Shown piece after piece: positions 9,909-19,205 of a DNA stretch of 54,984 nt; the first letter of the stretch is position 1; every line of letters starts with the position of its first letter. A program made the position numbers and the translations under genes. The DNA is from Patescibacteria group bacterium (GTDB lineage: Bacteria; Patescibacteriota; Minisyncoccia; Ryanbacterales; GWA2-47-10b): positions 1 through 54,984 of the forward strand of contig JBBTQY010000009.1 of NCBI GenBank assembly GCA_038065475.1. Reading direction: 5' to 3'. A model generated the notes under the pieces. That model did no database searches, was not told the origin of the DNA, and saw only the letters and a program-made list of their open reading frames with translations.

Positions 9909-10616
9909 ATGATTGCAGTTCGTGATATCACAAAAACATATAATACCGGCACCATTGAATTTCAAGCGCTCAAAGGCGCTTCGTTCGATATCAAAGACGG
10001 TGAGTTTGTAGCCATCATGGGCCCTTCGGGTTCAGGCAAATCAACACTTATGCATATGCTCGGTGCACTCGATACGCCGACTAGTGGTACCTATCACCTC
10101 GATGGTAAAGATGTCTCAACACTCACTGATGATGAGCTTGCTGATATCCGCAAAGATAAAATTGGTTTTGTATTTCAATCATTTAATTTGTTATCGCGTG
10201 CAACGGTACTGCGCAACGTAGAGCTTCCGTTGGTGTATGCGGGTATAGCGCCTGAAGAGCGGCAGACGCGCGCACGAATGGCGCTCGCCGCCTCCGGTCT
10301 CGATGAAGATCATTTTGGCCACCTCTCAAATCAACTTTCTGGCGGTCAAATCCAACGCGTCGCAATCGCACGAGCACTCGTCAACAATCCGTCTCTTATT
10401 TTGGCAGACGAGCCAACAGGCAACCTTGATTCGAAAACGGGTGAAATTGTACTGGGCACTTTCCAAAAACTTAATCGCGAACAAAATCGTACCGTGATAC
10501 TCATCACCCACGAGGCTGACGTAGCCCAATACGCCGATCGCATCATCCACATCAAAGACGGATTAATAATGAGTGATAAGAAAAACAATGAGCGCAAAAA
10601 CGTAAAACATCTATGA
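9909..10616 (+). CDS. ABC transporter ATP-binding protein, MacB/LolD-type
   Basis: GPSGSGKST Walker A, LSGGQIQRVAIARAL signature, ILADEPTGNLD Walker B, and the FtsE/LolD-like region. Confidence 0.9.
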   Translation: MIAVRDITKTYNTGTIEFQALKGASFDIKDGEFVAIMGPSGSGKSTLMHMLGALDTPTSGTYHLDGKDVSTLTDDELADIRKDKIGFVFQSFNLLSRATVLRNVELPLVYAGIAPEERQTRARMALAASGLDEDHFGHLSNQLSGGQIQRVAIARALVNNPSLILADEPTGNLDSKTGEIVLGTFQKLNREQNRTVILITHEADVAQYADRIIHIKDGLIMSDKKNNERKNVKHL

Positions 10617-11836
10617 CCACATTTGATATCTTACAAGAAACCTATACTGCGCTTTCAGCAAATAAGGCGCGCTCCGGGCTCACGATACTTGGTATTGTCA
10701 TCGGTATCAGTTCCGTGATTGCCATGGTATCAATTGGTGCGGGAGCGCAAAGCTCCATCCAATCAAGCATCCAATCAATCGGATCCAATCTCATTATGGT
10801 CACGCCAGGTGCACAGCGCGGCCCTGGATTTCAGGTCAGCACGGGCAGAGGAGCCGCACGTACACTCACGCAAGAAGATGCAGATGCAATTCGCGATCAG
10901 GTCAGCCTCGCCCAGCGTGTAGCTCCTGAACTCTCAGGACGTTACCAAGTAACCGCAAGGGGTAAAAATACCAATACATCAATAGTTGGCACCACGGCCG
11001 CCTACCCTGACGTGCGCAATATCCAAATAGACGCTGGTTCGTTTATATCCGACCAGCACATTCGTAGTCTCTCAAAGGTTGCAGTGCTTGGGCCTACCGC
11101 ACGTGACGATCTTTTTGGCGAAGGAGTGGACCCTCTTGGACAAACCGTTCGCATTAAAAATATTGAGTTTAAAATTATTGGTGTAACAAAAACAAAAGGC
11201 AGTTCAGGATTTGGATCGCAAGATGATATGATCTTTATCCCCCTCTCGAGTGCTCAACGTTTTTTGGCGGGCGAAACCTATGTCTCAACCATCAGTATAC
11301 AGGCGGCTGATCCTGAATCGATGACGGAAATTCAGACCGAGATAACGAATCTTCTTCTTGAACGTCATCGTATCGATGATCCACAATTAGCTGACTTCAG
11401 CACGCTCAATCAAGCTGATATTGTTTCAGCTGCATCAAGCGTCACCCAAACCTTTACGATTCTTCTGGGGGCGGTCGCCGGTATATCGCTCGTGGTGGGT
11501 GGCATTGGAATTATGAATATGATGCTCACGACCGTCACCGAGCGTACACGCGAGATAGGGCTCCGCAAAGCAATTGGTGCCAAACGCCGTGACATCAACC
11601 GTCAATTTCTTGCTGAAGCTATAGCACTAACCTTCATCGGCGGACTCGTGGGCGTTGCCTTGGGGTGGAGTATATCGTACGCGGTTTCTTCGTTTGGACT
11701 CCTGCAGACAAAGGTATCACTCTCATCAGTTCTTCTCGCATTTGGAGTGTCTGCGGGTATTGGTATTGTCTTTGGCTATTATCCAGCACGTCGAGCATCC
11801 CGACTCAATCCGATCGATGCGCTGCGATATGAGTAA
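10613..11836 (+). CDS. ABC transporter permease, MacB/FtsX-type (MacB periplasmic core domain plus 4 TM FtsX domain)
   Basis: N-terminal TM, large periplasmic domain and C-terminal FtsX-like helices. A 4-nt overlap joins it to the ATPase gene. Confidence 0.85.
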   Translation: MTTFDILQETYTALSANKARSGLTILGIVIGISSVIAMVSIGAGAQSSIQSSIQSIGSNLIMVTPGAQRGPGFQVSTGRGAARTLTQEDADAIRDQVSLAQRVAPELSGRYQVTARGKNTNTSIVGTTAAYPDVRNIQIDAGSFISDQHIRSLSKVAVLGPTARDDLFGEGVDPLGQTVRIKNIEFKIIGVTKTKGSSGFGSQDDMIFIPLSSAQRFLAGETYVSTISIQAADPESMTEIQTEITNLLLERHRIDDPQLADFSTLNQADIVSAASSVTQTFTILLGAVAGISLVVGGIGIMNMMLTTVTERTREIGLRKAIGAKRRDINRQFLAEAIALTFIGGLVGVALGWSISYAVSSFGLLQTKVSLSSVLLAFGVSAGIGIVFGYYPARRASRLNPIDALRYE

Positions 11837-11873
11837 TTATTAAAAGGTCATTTATTACTAACAAAAACATTAT

Positions 11874-12308
11874 ATGAATAAAATCATTTCAGGAGCAGTT
11901 GTTGGGGGTATTATGCTGGCGACAGGAGCATACTGGGCGGGCGCACACTTTGGTATTCCGGGTAACAATCGGCAAACATTTTCTGACGGACAGGCCCGCG
12001 TTATGCGTTTTCGCGAGAATGGTGGACCTGCGGGCATGGGTAGTGGGCGCATGATGGGTGGATTCGCCACGGGAGAAATTATCTCAGTTGATGATAAAAG
12101 CATTACTGTCAAACTCTCTGATGGAGGCTCGAAGATTATATTTTTTTCTGATCAAACGCCAATCATGAAAAGCACTGCCGGTGCACGCACAGATATCGTC
12201 GTGGGCACCAACGTCATGATTAATGGCAAACCAAATCAGGATGGCAGCTTGAATGCTGAGTCAATACAGATTCGCCCCTTGCCGCCCGCACAAAAATCCG
12301 TAGAATAA
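11874..12308 (+). CDS. Secreted hypothetical protein (DUF5666-like)
   Basis: Signal peptide or TM at the N-terminus and Gly-rich segments. Family assignment is tentative. Confidence 0.45.
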   Translation: MNKIISGAVVGGIMLATGAYWAGAHFGIPGNNRQTFSDGQARVMRFRENGGPAGMGSGRMMGGFATGEIISVDDKSITVKLSDGGSKIIFFSDQTPIMKSTAGARTDIVVGTNVMINGKPNQDGSLNAESIQIRPLPPAQKSVE

Positions 12309-12331
12309 ACTATTATCCTTAAAAAAACTGC

Positions 12332-12790
12332 ATGAATAAAAATATTACATTTCTCCTAGTAGGGCTCTTAGTTATTGCGGGTGGCCTCATTGTTTGGCAA
12401 AGTGCAGCGCCTGAGGAACATGACATGGCGGCGATGCCAAATGATACTGCCAATGCACTCGAAGGAGCCAATGAAACTATGTCGCCGCCGACAGCGGTCG
12501 AAACAGCACCAGGCGTCAAAGAATTTACCGTAACTGGTACAAACTTTGCCTTTGATGCAACCGCACTCACCGTCAAAAAGGGCGACACGGTACGTATCAC
12601 TTTCAAAAATATGGAAGGCTTCCATGATTGGAAGATCGATGAGTTTAGTGCCGCAACCACGCAGTTCAAATCACCGGGTGAAGAGACAATTGAGTTTGTA
12701 GCAGACAAGGCGGGTTCATTCGAATACTATTGTTCGGTAGGCAAGCATCGAGCGATGGGCATGAAGGGCACGCTCACCGTCACTGAATAA
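12332..12790 (+). CDS. Cupredoxin (plastocyanin/azurin-like type 1 blue copper protein)
   Basis: N-terminal signal anchor. The C-terminal ligand set is GFHDW...YYCSVGKHRAMGM, matching His...Cys-x2-His-x2-4-Met. Confidence 0.75.
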   Translation: MNKNITFLLVGLLVIAGGLIVWQSAAPEEHDMAAMPNDTANALEGANETMSPPTAVETAPGVKEFTVTGTNFAFDATALTVKKGDTVRITFKNMEGFHDWKIDEFSAATTQFKSPGEETIEFVADKAGSFEYYCSVGKHRAMGMKGTLTVTE

Positions 12791-12805
12791 TTTTCCGAAT
12801 CCAAA

Positions 12806-12838
12806 ACAAAAATCCGCCCAAGGGCGGATTTTTGTTTT
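12806..12838. terminator. Bidirectional terminator between the convergent cupredoxin and peroxiredoxin genes
   Basis: aaaaatccgcc-caag-ggcggattttt palindromic hairpin with A/T runs on both sides. Confidence 0.65.
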
Positions 12839-12851
12839 CTAAAAGTTCTAT

Positions 12852-13400
12852 TTATTTACGAGCTCGCAAATACTTGAGCATAGTCTCTGCGTCACTAACT
12901 TCAAACGGATCTGTCGGACAGTTGTCTGTAAAGCCGGCCTCCGCAAAGATTTCTTTGATCTCGCCGTCTTCAACGTACATACTGTACCTCCATGAACGCT
13001 CGCCAAAGCCAAGGTCGTCTTTTTTAACCATCATACCCATCTGGCGAGTAAATTCGCCCGAACCGTCAGGGATAAGTTTTACTTTGCTGGCGTTTTGGTG
13101 CTTGCCCCACTGGTTCATGACAAACGCATCATTGACGCTCAGACAATATACCTCGTCTACGCCAAGTTTTTTGAACTCGTCATATGATTTTTCATACCCA
13201 GGCAAATGAGTTGATGAACACGTAGGTGTAAACGCACCCGGAAGCGCGAAAACTACTACTTTTTTGCCTTTGAAAAATTCATCTGACGTGACGTCTTGCC
13301 AGCGGTACGGATTCTCGCCGCCTACTGATTCATCGCGTACGCGGGTTTTAAACGTGACGGATGGCACACGTGTTGGTGTTTTTGGTGTAACTTCTGCCAT
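12852..13400 (-). CDS. Peroxiredoxin, Prx5-like subfamily
   Basis: The PGAFTPTCS peroxidatic-Cys motif is typical of Prx5/AhpC-TSA proteins. Confidence 0.8.
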   Translation of the reverse strand: MAEVTPKTPTRVPSVTFKTRVRDESVGGENPYRWQDVTSDEFFKGKKVVVFALPGAFTPTCSSTHLPGYEKSYDEFKKLGVDEVYCLSVNDAFVMNQWGKHQNASKVKLIPDGSGEFTRQMGMMVKKDDLGFGERSWRYSMYVEDGEIKEIFAEAGFTDNCPTDPFEVSDAETMLKYLRARK

Positions 13401-13476
13401 ATAATGTTAAAAATTTTAAATTAATAATACCTTTTTGTATAACGCATTATACGCCCAAAAAGTCTATACAGCAATA

Positions 13477-13863
13477 CTATTCGGTCGTTTTGCCATCGAA
13501 ATGTTCTTCGACAGCCTCGGCCTTGGTGCGATGCACCGTACCATCCTTGTGCTCGGGCGGCGAATAAATTGAATAGAGTTTAAGCGGCCCTGCGCCCGTG
13601 TTAATAACATTGTGACGCGTACCCATGGGTATCACTACCGCGTCGTCACCCTCTACCGTCTGCTCAACGCCGTCCAAAATTACCTTGGCGCTACCTTCTT
13701 CAAAACGAATAAATTGATCAAGCTCGTGTACTTCCTCGCCAATCTCCTCGCCTGCCTGCAAACACATAAGTACCAGCTGGCTATGATGCGCCGTATAGAG
13801 CACCCGACGATAGTCAGTATTTTCAAGTGTCGCTTTCTCGATATTTGTTTTGTATCCTTTCAT
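13477..13863 (-). CDS. Cupin-domain protein
   Basis: Cupin 2 beta-barrel motifs (G-x5-H-x-H...G...P-x-G-x2-H-x3-N). Confidence 0.7.
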   Translation of the reverse strand: MKGYKTNIEKATLENTDYRRVLYTAHHSQLVLMCLQAGEEIGEEVHELDQFIRFEEGSAKVILDGVEQTVEGDDAVVIPMGTRHNVINTGAGPLKLYSIYSPPEHKDGTVHRTKAEAVEEHFDGKTTE

Positions 13864-13866
13864 AGT

Positions 13867-14400
13867 TTAGAAAAAAAGATCATAGATAAATTTAACCACG
13901 GGATCGACATTGGGCCCGTAGGTGAGCGCGCCGCCAAGACCTCCCACAATTGTGATAGTAACAAGTCCTAAAAGAGCAAAAATCATCATAAGTGCACTGT
14001 TAGCAAATAAATCATAGATGCGTGCCACAAGATTAAAAAGACTTGAGATAACTGGCAACGCTACGACGCGACCAATGATCGATGTCTGCATGAGATCACG
14101 CCTGATGAATGCTGCAAGATATAAGATTGAGAGCACGCTAAAAAAGATAACCGTGATATCAGCCCAAAGCGCGTGCATTTCCAAAAGCTTTGTCTGGGGC
14201 CCGCCCCGAAACTGGTCTTCGATCATCTCGCCCGTCTCACGCGCCACAAAAGAGCTTGCGGTACCCACAATCAGCAAAAAGGCTTTTACATAAAACCACG
14301 CCGGATGTTGCGTCAATCTTTTCAACCCCACAAACTCCATGAGCGTGTAGAGAGTCAAAAGCGCTACCGGAAAATGTACAAAAATAGGGTGAACGTTCAT
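13867..14400 (-). CDS. DUF2231-like integral membrane protein. The ORF track starts it at 14430, but the GAGGG-preceded Met at 14400 (MNVHPIFVHFP...) is more likely
   Basis: HPIFVHFPVAL motif characteristic of DUF2231, and 4-5 TM helices. Confidence 0.55.
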   Translation of the reverse strand: MNVHPIFVHFPVALLTLYTLMEFVGLKRLTQHPAWFYVKAFLLIVGTASSFVARETGEMIEDQFRGGPQTKLLEMHALWADITVIFFSVLSILYLAAFIRRDLMQTSIIGRVVALPVISSLFNLVARIYDLFANSALMMIFALLGLVTITIVGGLGGALTYGPNVDPVVKFIYDLFF

Positions 14401-14444
14401 TGCCCTCAGTATACCAAAACTTTTTTTCAATTTATACTGTGTCT

Positions 14445-14939
14445 ATGAAACCGCGTGTAGTCATTATTTTACTCGCAATCCCTCCAATATTAGTATTGGC
14501 ATATTTTTTATATCCCCAAGCTCCGACAAGCCCCGCCACTGAGAGACGAGCCCTTGGCTTTATCAGAGAAATCCGCACGCAGAATGGCAATCTTGTATTG
14601 ATGTTTGATGACGCCCTCTGGCTTACGGGGCGAGAGGCCGAAGACGCCGCGATAGAGGCAGGGCACTGCTCTACCGAAACACGCGGTGAATGCACACCAA
14701 ACGATTATTTTATCGAAAACAAAAACACGCAAACCATCGCTCTGGAACTTCCACAAGCTACACTCATCTTTATGGAAACATACGAGACTGGCGAGCCGGG
14801 AGACAAAAAAGAAAATATCACCACAAACAAGTTGGTAGATCTCATCAACGACCCATCACTACATTGGAATAAGCTCCCTTACTGGATAACTACGCGTGGC
14901 ACGCGTATCACTACCATCGAAGAGCAATACATCCCCTAA
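14445..14939 (+). CDS. Hypothetical protein with N-terminal signal anchor. The ORF track start at 14400 would overlap the divergent gene, so the Met at 14445 is preferred
   Basis: MKPRVVIILLAIPPILVLAYFLY TM segment. No recognisable domain. Confidence 0.45.
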   Translation: MKPRVVIILLAIPPILVLAYFLYPQAPTSPATERRALGFIREIRTQNGNLVLMFDDALWLTGREAEDAAIEAGHCSTETRGECTPNDYFIENKNTQTIALELPQATLIFMETYETGEPGDKKENITTNKLVDLINDPSLHWNKLPYWITTRGTRITTIEEQYIP

Positions 14940-14946
14940 CTCTGTT

Positions 14947-15390
14947 TTATTTAAAAACGCTTGCCCACCATGCCTTGCGCTCGCCATTGAGCCACGCAGG
15001 AATCAGCTGCCGGAGCGGAGCTGGCAAAAGAACATATTTTTCAAAATCGCCTGGCATTGACCAGAAAAATTCCAAATGATCTTCTTTTGATACTGGGTCT
15101 TTTGAGCTATCTAGGTTTGGCACATCAACCTCAAAAAAGAGATTGATTTCTTGCTGTCGAGCGTCATCCTGCACCCAGCTATTTTCAATAACGCCAAGAA
15201 AAGATTTTACTGTGCCAGCAATATCGGTCTCTTCTTCAAGCTCACGTATTAGAGCTTTTTCTGCCTGTTCACCGAGCTCAACGTGCCCGCCCGGCAAAAA
15301 TGCGTGCCCTACACCCTTTTGACGCACAAGTAGCACACGACCTTCTTTTATAATCACTGCGCGCGCCCGAAGATGAAAAATAATTTCCAT
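14947..15390 (-). CDS. NUDIX hydrolase
   Basis: Nudix box GGHVELGEQAEKALIRELEEETDI. Confidence 0.8.
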   Translation of the reverse strand: MEIIFHLRARAVIIKEGRVLLVRQKGVGHAFLPGGHVELGEQAEKALIRELEEETDIAGTVKSFLGVIENSWVQDDARQQEINLFFEVDVPNLDSSKDPVSKEDHLEFFWSMPGDFEKYVLLPAPLRQLIPAWLNGERKAWWASVFK

Positions 15391-15414
15391 GACTATCCTT
15401 AGATTTAAATCTTC

Positions 15415-16887
15415 CTACTTAAGAAGCCCTTTGAGCTCGCCGAGCGCGCGCTCAATGTCTTCAATTTTGCGTCTTATATTAGTATTGGCGTCTCCTCCTT
15501 CGGCCTCACCCGCGGGTGGCGTGCCGTTTTGTAAAAATGCCTTCAAGTCGCCTTCTGTTTTTGTATTGATGACTGCGTTAGTGCGTGTATTGAGTAGTAC
15601 GGTAGACGCGATACCTGCATTGTCGCGCGGCACAATCGAGAGAAGCCAATGAAGATCTCCGCCGACTTTTATCGGCCGCGGTTCGGAAAGATTGAAGACG
15701 TTCCAATCATACGTGGGAAATTCTTTTTTAATATAGTCAGCAGCTGCCACGGGCCCCGTCAATTGGGATGTTTCATCATATTCGATAATCTCGCGCTCAC
15801 CGGTGGTAGCGTCGAAAATAAAAATCTTATAGATACCGTAGGAGCGGCCATAGGGCTCCGCAACCACCAGCTGCTTAAACCCTTCGTGTGTTGGCACATG
15901 AAAGATATTTTCATTACCCGGCAGGCTTACTACCTCTGTTTGGTTTTTATGCAAAAACCATTTATTGAGCAACCCACCACGATATGCGTACGCATGCGCA
16001 TAGAAATTTACAATTTCTTTTGGATGAATCCGATTGCCCTTAAGATACGGAACCTCGGCGGCTGCTTCCGGTGAGAAATCTTCGATAGTACCGTCTTGAT
16101 GCACCACCATGACACCCGCCCAATATGGCATGCGGAAAACAAAACCCTTGTATCCCATATATGGCACGGCCGCAACCCATTGGTTGTCAGGTGTTTTAAG
16201 GTAAGTCGGCTCGTCACTATAGGTTACAAAATATCGTTTGAGTGAGAGCTGATAGTAAAGATTATCAACCAGACCGATTCCTTCAGAATATTTAAACTCA
16301 GCATTTTCTATACCAACCTTGCGATCAAGCGTATCGACATCAACCGTCACAAATCCACTGAGTTTATTTAAGAAATAAAGAAACACACCGTCAGGTAATC
16401 GCGGCATAACACGCTTAAGTACACCGTCAACCAATACAATTTGCGAATCACCCAAATGTTCTTGCGGGTTTTGAAATGTGTCTTCAGCATATCGCTGTGC
16501 GACTGCCTTGGGCGTCAAGCGTATGGGTTCAAATTGGGGCACATCAGTGCGCTTTTCATACTCAATATTTCCCGCCGTTATCTTGTAGCGGATCTCTTGC
16601 TCTACCAAAACCAAAACAGCAAGTCCTATAAGCACGGCGACGTAGAGCCCGATCATCTTCCCTCTGCCGGGGGGTGCCTTGAGTACATAATTATTTTCCC
16701 CTCGCTGCTCTACACGCAAACCGCTGCGGACAACAAGCCACCACACAGCATAGAGAAACGCGGCGATAAGCACCGCGCGTAGCGGGCTCACTACAAAAAT
16801 CATCACGAACGGATGGAACAGCGGCCGTAAAAACCAAACAACAATAAGTATTGCAATGATGCCTATCCAACGCTTTGGATGCTTCAT
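15415..16887 (-). CDS. Large polytopic membrane protein with an extracytoplasmic domain, hypothetical
   Basis: 490-aa ORF with at least 3 N-terminal TM helices followed by a ~380-aa soluble domain. Confidence 0.55.
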   Translation of the reverse strand: MKHPKRWIGIIAILIVVWFLRPLFHPFVMIFVVSPLRAVLIAAFLYAVWWLVVRSGLRVEQRGENNYVLKAPPGRGKMIGLYVAVLIGLAVLVLVEQEIRYKITAGNIEYEKRTDVPQFEPIRLTPKAVAQRYAEDTFQNPQEHLGDSQIVLVDGVLKRVMPRLPDGVFLYFLNKLSGFVTVDVDTLDRKVGIENAEFKYSEGIGLVDNLYYQLSLKRYFVTYSDEPTYLKTPDNQWVAAVPYMGYKGFVFRMPYWAGVMVVHQDGTIEDFSPEAAAEVPYLKGNRIHPKEIVNFYAHAYAYRGGLLNKWFLHKNQTEVVSLPGNENIFHVPTHEGFKQLVVAEPYGRSYGIYKIFIFDATTGEREIIEYDETSQLTGPVAAADYIKKEFPTYDWNVFNLSEPRPIKVGGDLHWLLSIVPRDNAGIASTVLLNTRTNAVINTKTEGDLKAFLQNGTPPAGEAEGGDANTNIRRKIEDIERALGELKGLLK

Positions 16888-16888
16888 A

Positions 16889-17077
16889 TTATTTTTCTCT
16901 TAAAAACCTGATGATGAAATATGCAGCGGTCACGATAAAGAGCACCCATAAAAGGCCCGTAAACCCGCCAAGATAATTTGGAAAGTACAGACCGAGCAAA
17001 ATACCAAGAGACAACAAGCAAATTTTTATCAAGCCAGTCTCCTGCCATGTAAATGTGCGTGATGTAAATATTTTCAT
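16889..17077 (-). CDS. Small two-TM membrane peptide
   Basis: 62 aa and hydrophobic. Tightly packed between neighbours (2-4 nt gaps). Confidence 0.4.
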   Translation of the reverse strand: MKIFTSRTFTWQETGLIKICLLSLGILLGLYFPNYLGGFTGLLWVLFIVTAAYFIIRFLREK

Positions 17078-17080
17078 ATA

Positions 17081-18010
17081 TTAGCGAAAGATTACCGTGC
17101 CGCTATCAAATTTGAGATCCAAGATAAGCTCACCGCGAGAAGTAAACTTGTAGTGTGATGTATTTTTGAGTAACTCGGCAAACTCACCTTCCTGTGAGCC
17201 CTCACAATATTTTTTTGTAGAAACCATATCGCTAAATATGATCGCGCCGTCAGCTCCCACCGTATAATTACCTCCTAACTGATTACAATCGGTGGTGGCA
17301 GCAAAACGCCCAAACTCGAGAAATTCGAGAGTGAAAGCTTCTTTTTGCTTTGGTTTGATCATGCGTTCATCATTATACAAAGCCTCTATCCACAACCATA
17401 CTTTCATATCAAGCTTCATGACGTCGGGATCAGCCTCTCCCTCAAACTCGGGCACGAGTTCACCAAACTGTTTTGACACCGCATTGTATTTGAGATGCAA
17501 ACTCTCAGCGACCGTGGGCTCTGCTGTCATAGGCTCGCCGCGCTCGCGATCGGCGTAGTTGACGATTACCACACCGCGGCGATATTCGGTCGTTTGCGGG
17601 GCAATGCGATCACCAATCAATACAGCCTCGGTGCCTTCGTATCCTGTATCTGTCTTGATGGCGCCCACCAGATAGAAAAAGGTACCACTGCCACCCCCCT
17701 CTTGCGTCAGCAAAAATACAATGTCTGATATACCGTCACCATTGAGATCTCCCTCAGCCTCATTGCCAAAATATTTAGTAACAATTTTCGATGCCGAGCC
17801 TGGGGCTGCCTCAATCTCCGAGACACCATCAGTTAGCGTAACCGCTCGCCCTTCTATTGTATACGTAATATCTTTATATCCTTTCTGAAAACCAGCATCG
17901 CCCTGCTTTTCGCGGTAAATATATTCATTGAGAAGAAAGAAGCCGCCTACTAATATTAGTATGACGATAAGACCTACGGCACGCCCTACAAAAAATTTTC
18001 TAGGAGTCAT
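17081..18010 (-). CDS. Secreted or membrane-anchored protein with an N-terminal Asp/Gly-rich repeat (FG-GAP/VCBS-like) domain and a C-terminal META (HslJ-like) domain
   Basis: Signal anchor, DLNGDGISDIVFLL...GGGSGTFFYLVGAIK, and C-terminal TTDCNQLGGNYTV...TKKYC META-like motifs. Paralogue of the next gene. Confidence 0.6.
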   Translation of the reverse strand: MTPRKFFVGRAVGLIVILILVGGFFLLNEYIYREKQGDAGFQKGYKDITYTIEGRAVTLTDGVSEIEAAPGSASKIVTKYFGNEAEGDLNGDGISDIVFLLTQEGGGSGTFFYLVGAIKTDTGYEGTEAVLIGDRIAPQTTEYRRGVVIVNYADRERGEPMTAEPTVAESLHLKYNAVSKQFGELVPEFEGEADPDVMKLDMKVWLWIEALYNDERMIKPKQKEAFTLEFLEFGRFAATTDCNQLGGNYTVGADGAIIFSDMVSTKKYCEGSQEGEFAELLKNTSHYKFTSRGELILDLKFDSGTVIFR

Positions 18011-18047
18011 GGGTTTATTATACTATGTTTGAGCAATACTTGCCCTA

Positions 18048-18593
18048 CTACGATGCTACCTCGTCAAATTTTTGCTCTGCGGTATTGTATTCGAGATACA
18101 TGCTCTTACCCACACTTGGCGAGGTAGTCATGGGTTCGGTCGGCCTGCGGACAGCGTAATTGACAATCACGCGCTCGTCGCGAAACTCGGTCGTTTGCGG
18201 GGCAATGCGATCACCCAAAAGTACGCCGGGTGTGCCGCGCCAACCACCCTCTTCTTTGATAGCGCCGACTGCATAATAAAATGTGCCCGAACCGCCTGGA
18301 TTATGCGTGACCAAAAATACCATATCAGTATCACCATCGCCGTCAACATCTGCCTCAACTGAATTGCCGAAATATCGAGTGGTAACCATGGTGGCCGAGC
18401 CGGGCGCTACAGGCACTTCTGATACGCCGTCTTTGAGTGTTACAAATTTGCCGTCAATCAAAAAGCGGCTATTTTTATAATCAAAGCCAAGACCTTCGTC
18501 TTTTTGCTTTCTTCCATAGATAAATGAATTGAACGCCCAAAAAAGAAGCGCCAAAAGGATAAGAACACCTATAACCCAAAGGAGTTTTTTCAT
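18048..18593 (-). CDS. Shorter paralogue of the previous protein (N-terminal domain only)
   Basis: It shares the signal anchor, DVDGDGDTDMVFLV...GGSGTFYYAVGAIK and ...LGDRIAPQTTEFRD...VIVNYA blocks with 17081-18010. Confidence 0.6.
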   Translation of the reverse strand: MKKLLWVIGVLILLALLFWAFNSFIYGRKQKDEGLGFDYKNSRFLIDGKFVTLKDGVSEVPVAPGSATMVTTRYFGNSVEADVDGDGDTDMVFLVTHNPGGSGTFYYAVGAIKEEGGWRGTPGVLLGDRIAPQTTEFRDERVIVNYAVRRPTEPMTTSPSVGKSMYLEYNTAEQKFDEVAS

Positions 18594-18632
18594 GGTTTTG
18601 TTATAGCATGCCTAAGAATAATTTGAAATCAT

Positions 18633-18674
18633 ACGAAAAAGAAAAGGGGCGGAGCGCATGTGCGCTCCGCCCCG
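18633..18674 (-). terminator. Rho-independent terminator closing the GC-rich three-gene island
   Basis: ggggcggagcgca-tg-tgcgctccgcccc perfect hairpin. On the minus strand it is followed by cttttcttttt. Confidence 0.65.
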
Positions 18675-18698
18675 CTTGGGACGATCCCGGCCGCCTTG

Positions 18699-19175
18699 CT
18701 AGGCGGACTCGGGAGTGGGATGGGCGGCACTGCTCGGAGGCAGTGCGCGCCGGAGGAAAGGATCCAGGAGAGCAGCGAGGCCGGCGGCCGACCCCATACC
18801 CTCGACGCCGAGAACGTGTACCTGCTTGGGCACGAGCCGCGCCAACAGCTGGCGCTTGATGCCGGCTGCACGGATCTTGTGATCCGTGTCGAGACCCTCG
18901 ATGCTCCCCGCGATGGCCGCAGAGAGCGCTGCCTTGGCGCGAAGCCCTGCGATCTCGCGCATGAGCTCCGTCGCCTTTTCCTCGAGCTGCCTACGGGCAC
19001 CGATGAGGACGGACTGGCGGTTGCCGTGTACCGCCTCGCCCACAGTAGTCTCGAGACTGATGCGCTCCGACTCGAGACCGATGGCCGCCGAGCGCGCCGC
19101 ACGCGTCTGTTGCCGCATGTTGCCCTCGACGGTCTTGACCGCACCTTCGAGCTGGACGGTACGAGTCTCGGTCAT
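18699..19175 (-). CDS. Coiled-coil hypothetical protein, third gene of the GC-rich island. The preferred start is the ATG preceded by AAGGAGG (MTETRTVQLE...); the ORF track uses an upstream GTG at 19205
   Basis: GC3-rich codon usage. Perfect SD aaggagg with a 6-nt spacer. Ala/Glu/Arg-rich helical sequence. Confidence 0.5.
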   Translation of the reverse strand: MTETRTVQLEGAVKTVEGNMRQQTRAARSAAIGLESERISLETTVGEAVHGNRQSVLIGARRQLEEKATELMREIAGLRAKAALSAAIAGSIEGLDTDHKIRAAGIKRQLLARLVPKQVHVLGVEGMGSAAGLAALLDPFLRRALPPSSAAHPTPESA

Positions 19176-19205
19176 GGCCGCCACCTCCTTGAGCAGCGTA
19201 CGCAC

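Noticed and set aside
14400-14430. Apparent 31-nt overlap of divergent gene starts (13867-14430 minus, 14400-14939 plus)
   Set aside because: Both ORFs have better internal starts: the Met at 14400 with a GAGGG SD for the minus gene, and the Met at 14445 for the plus gene. Using these removes the overlap.
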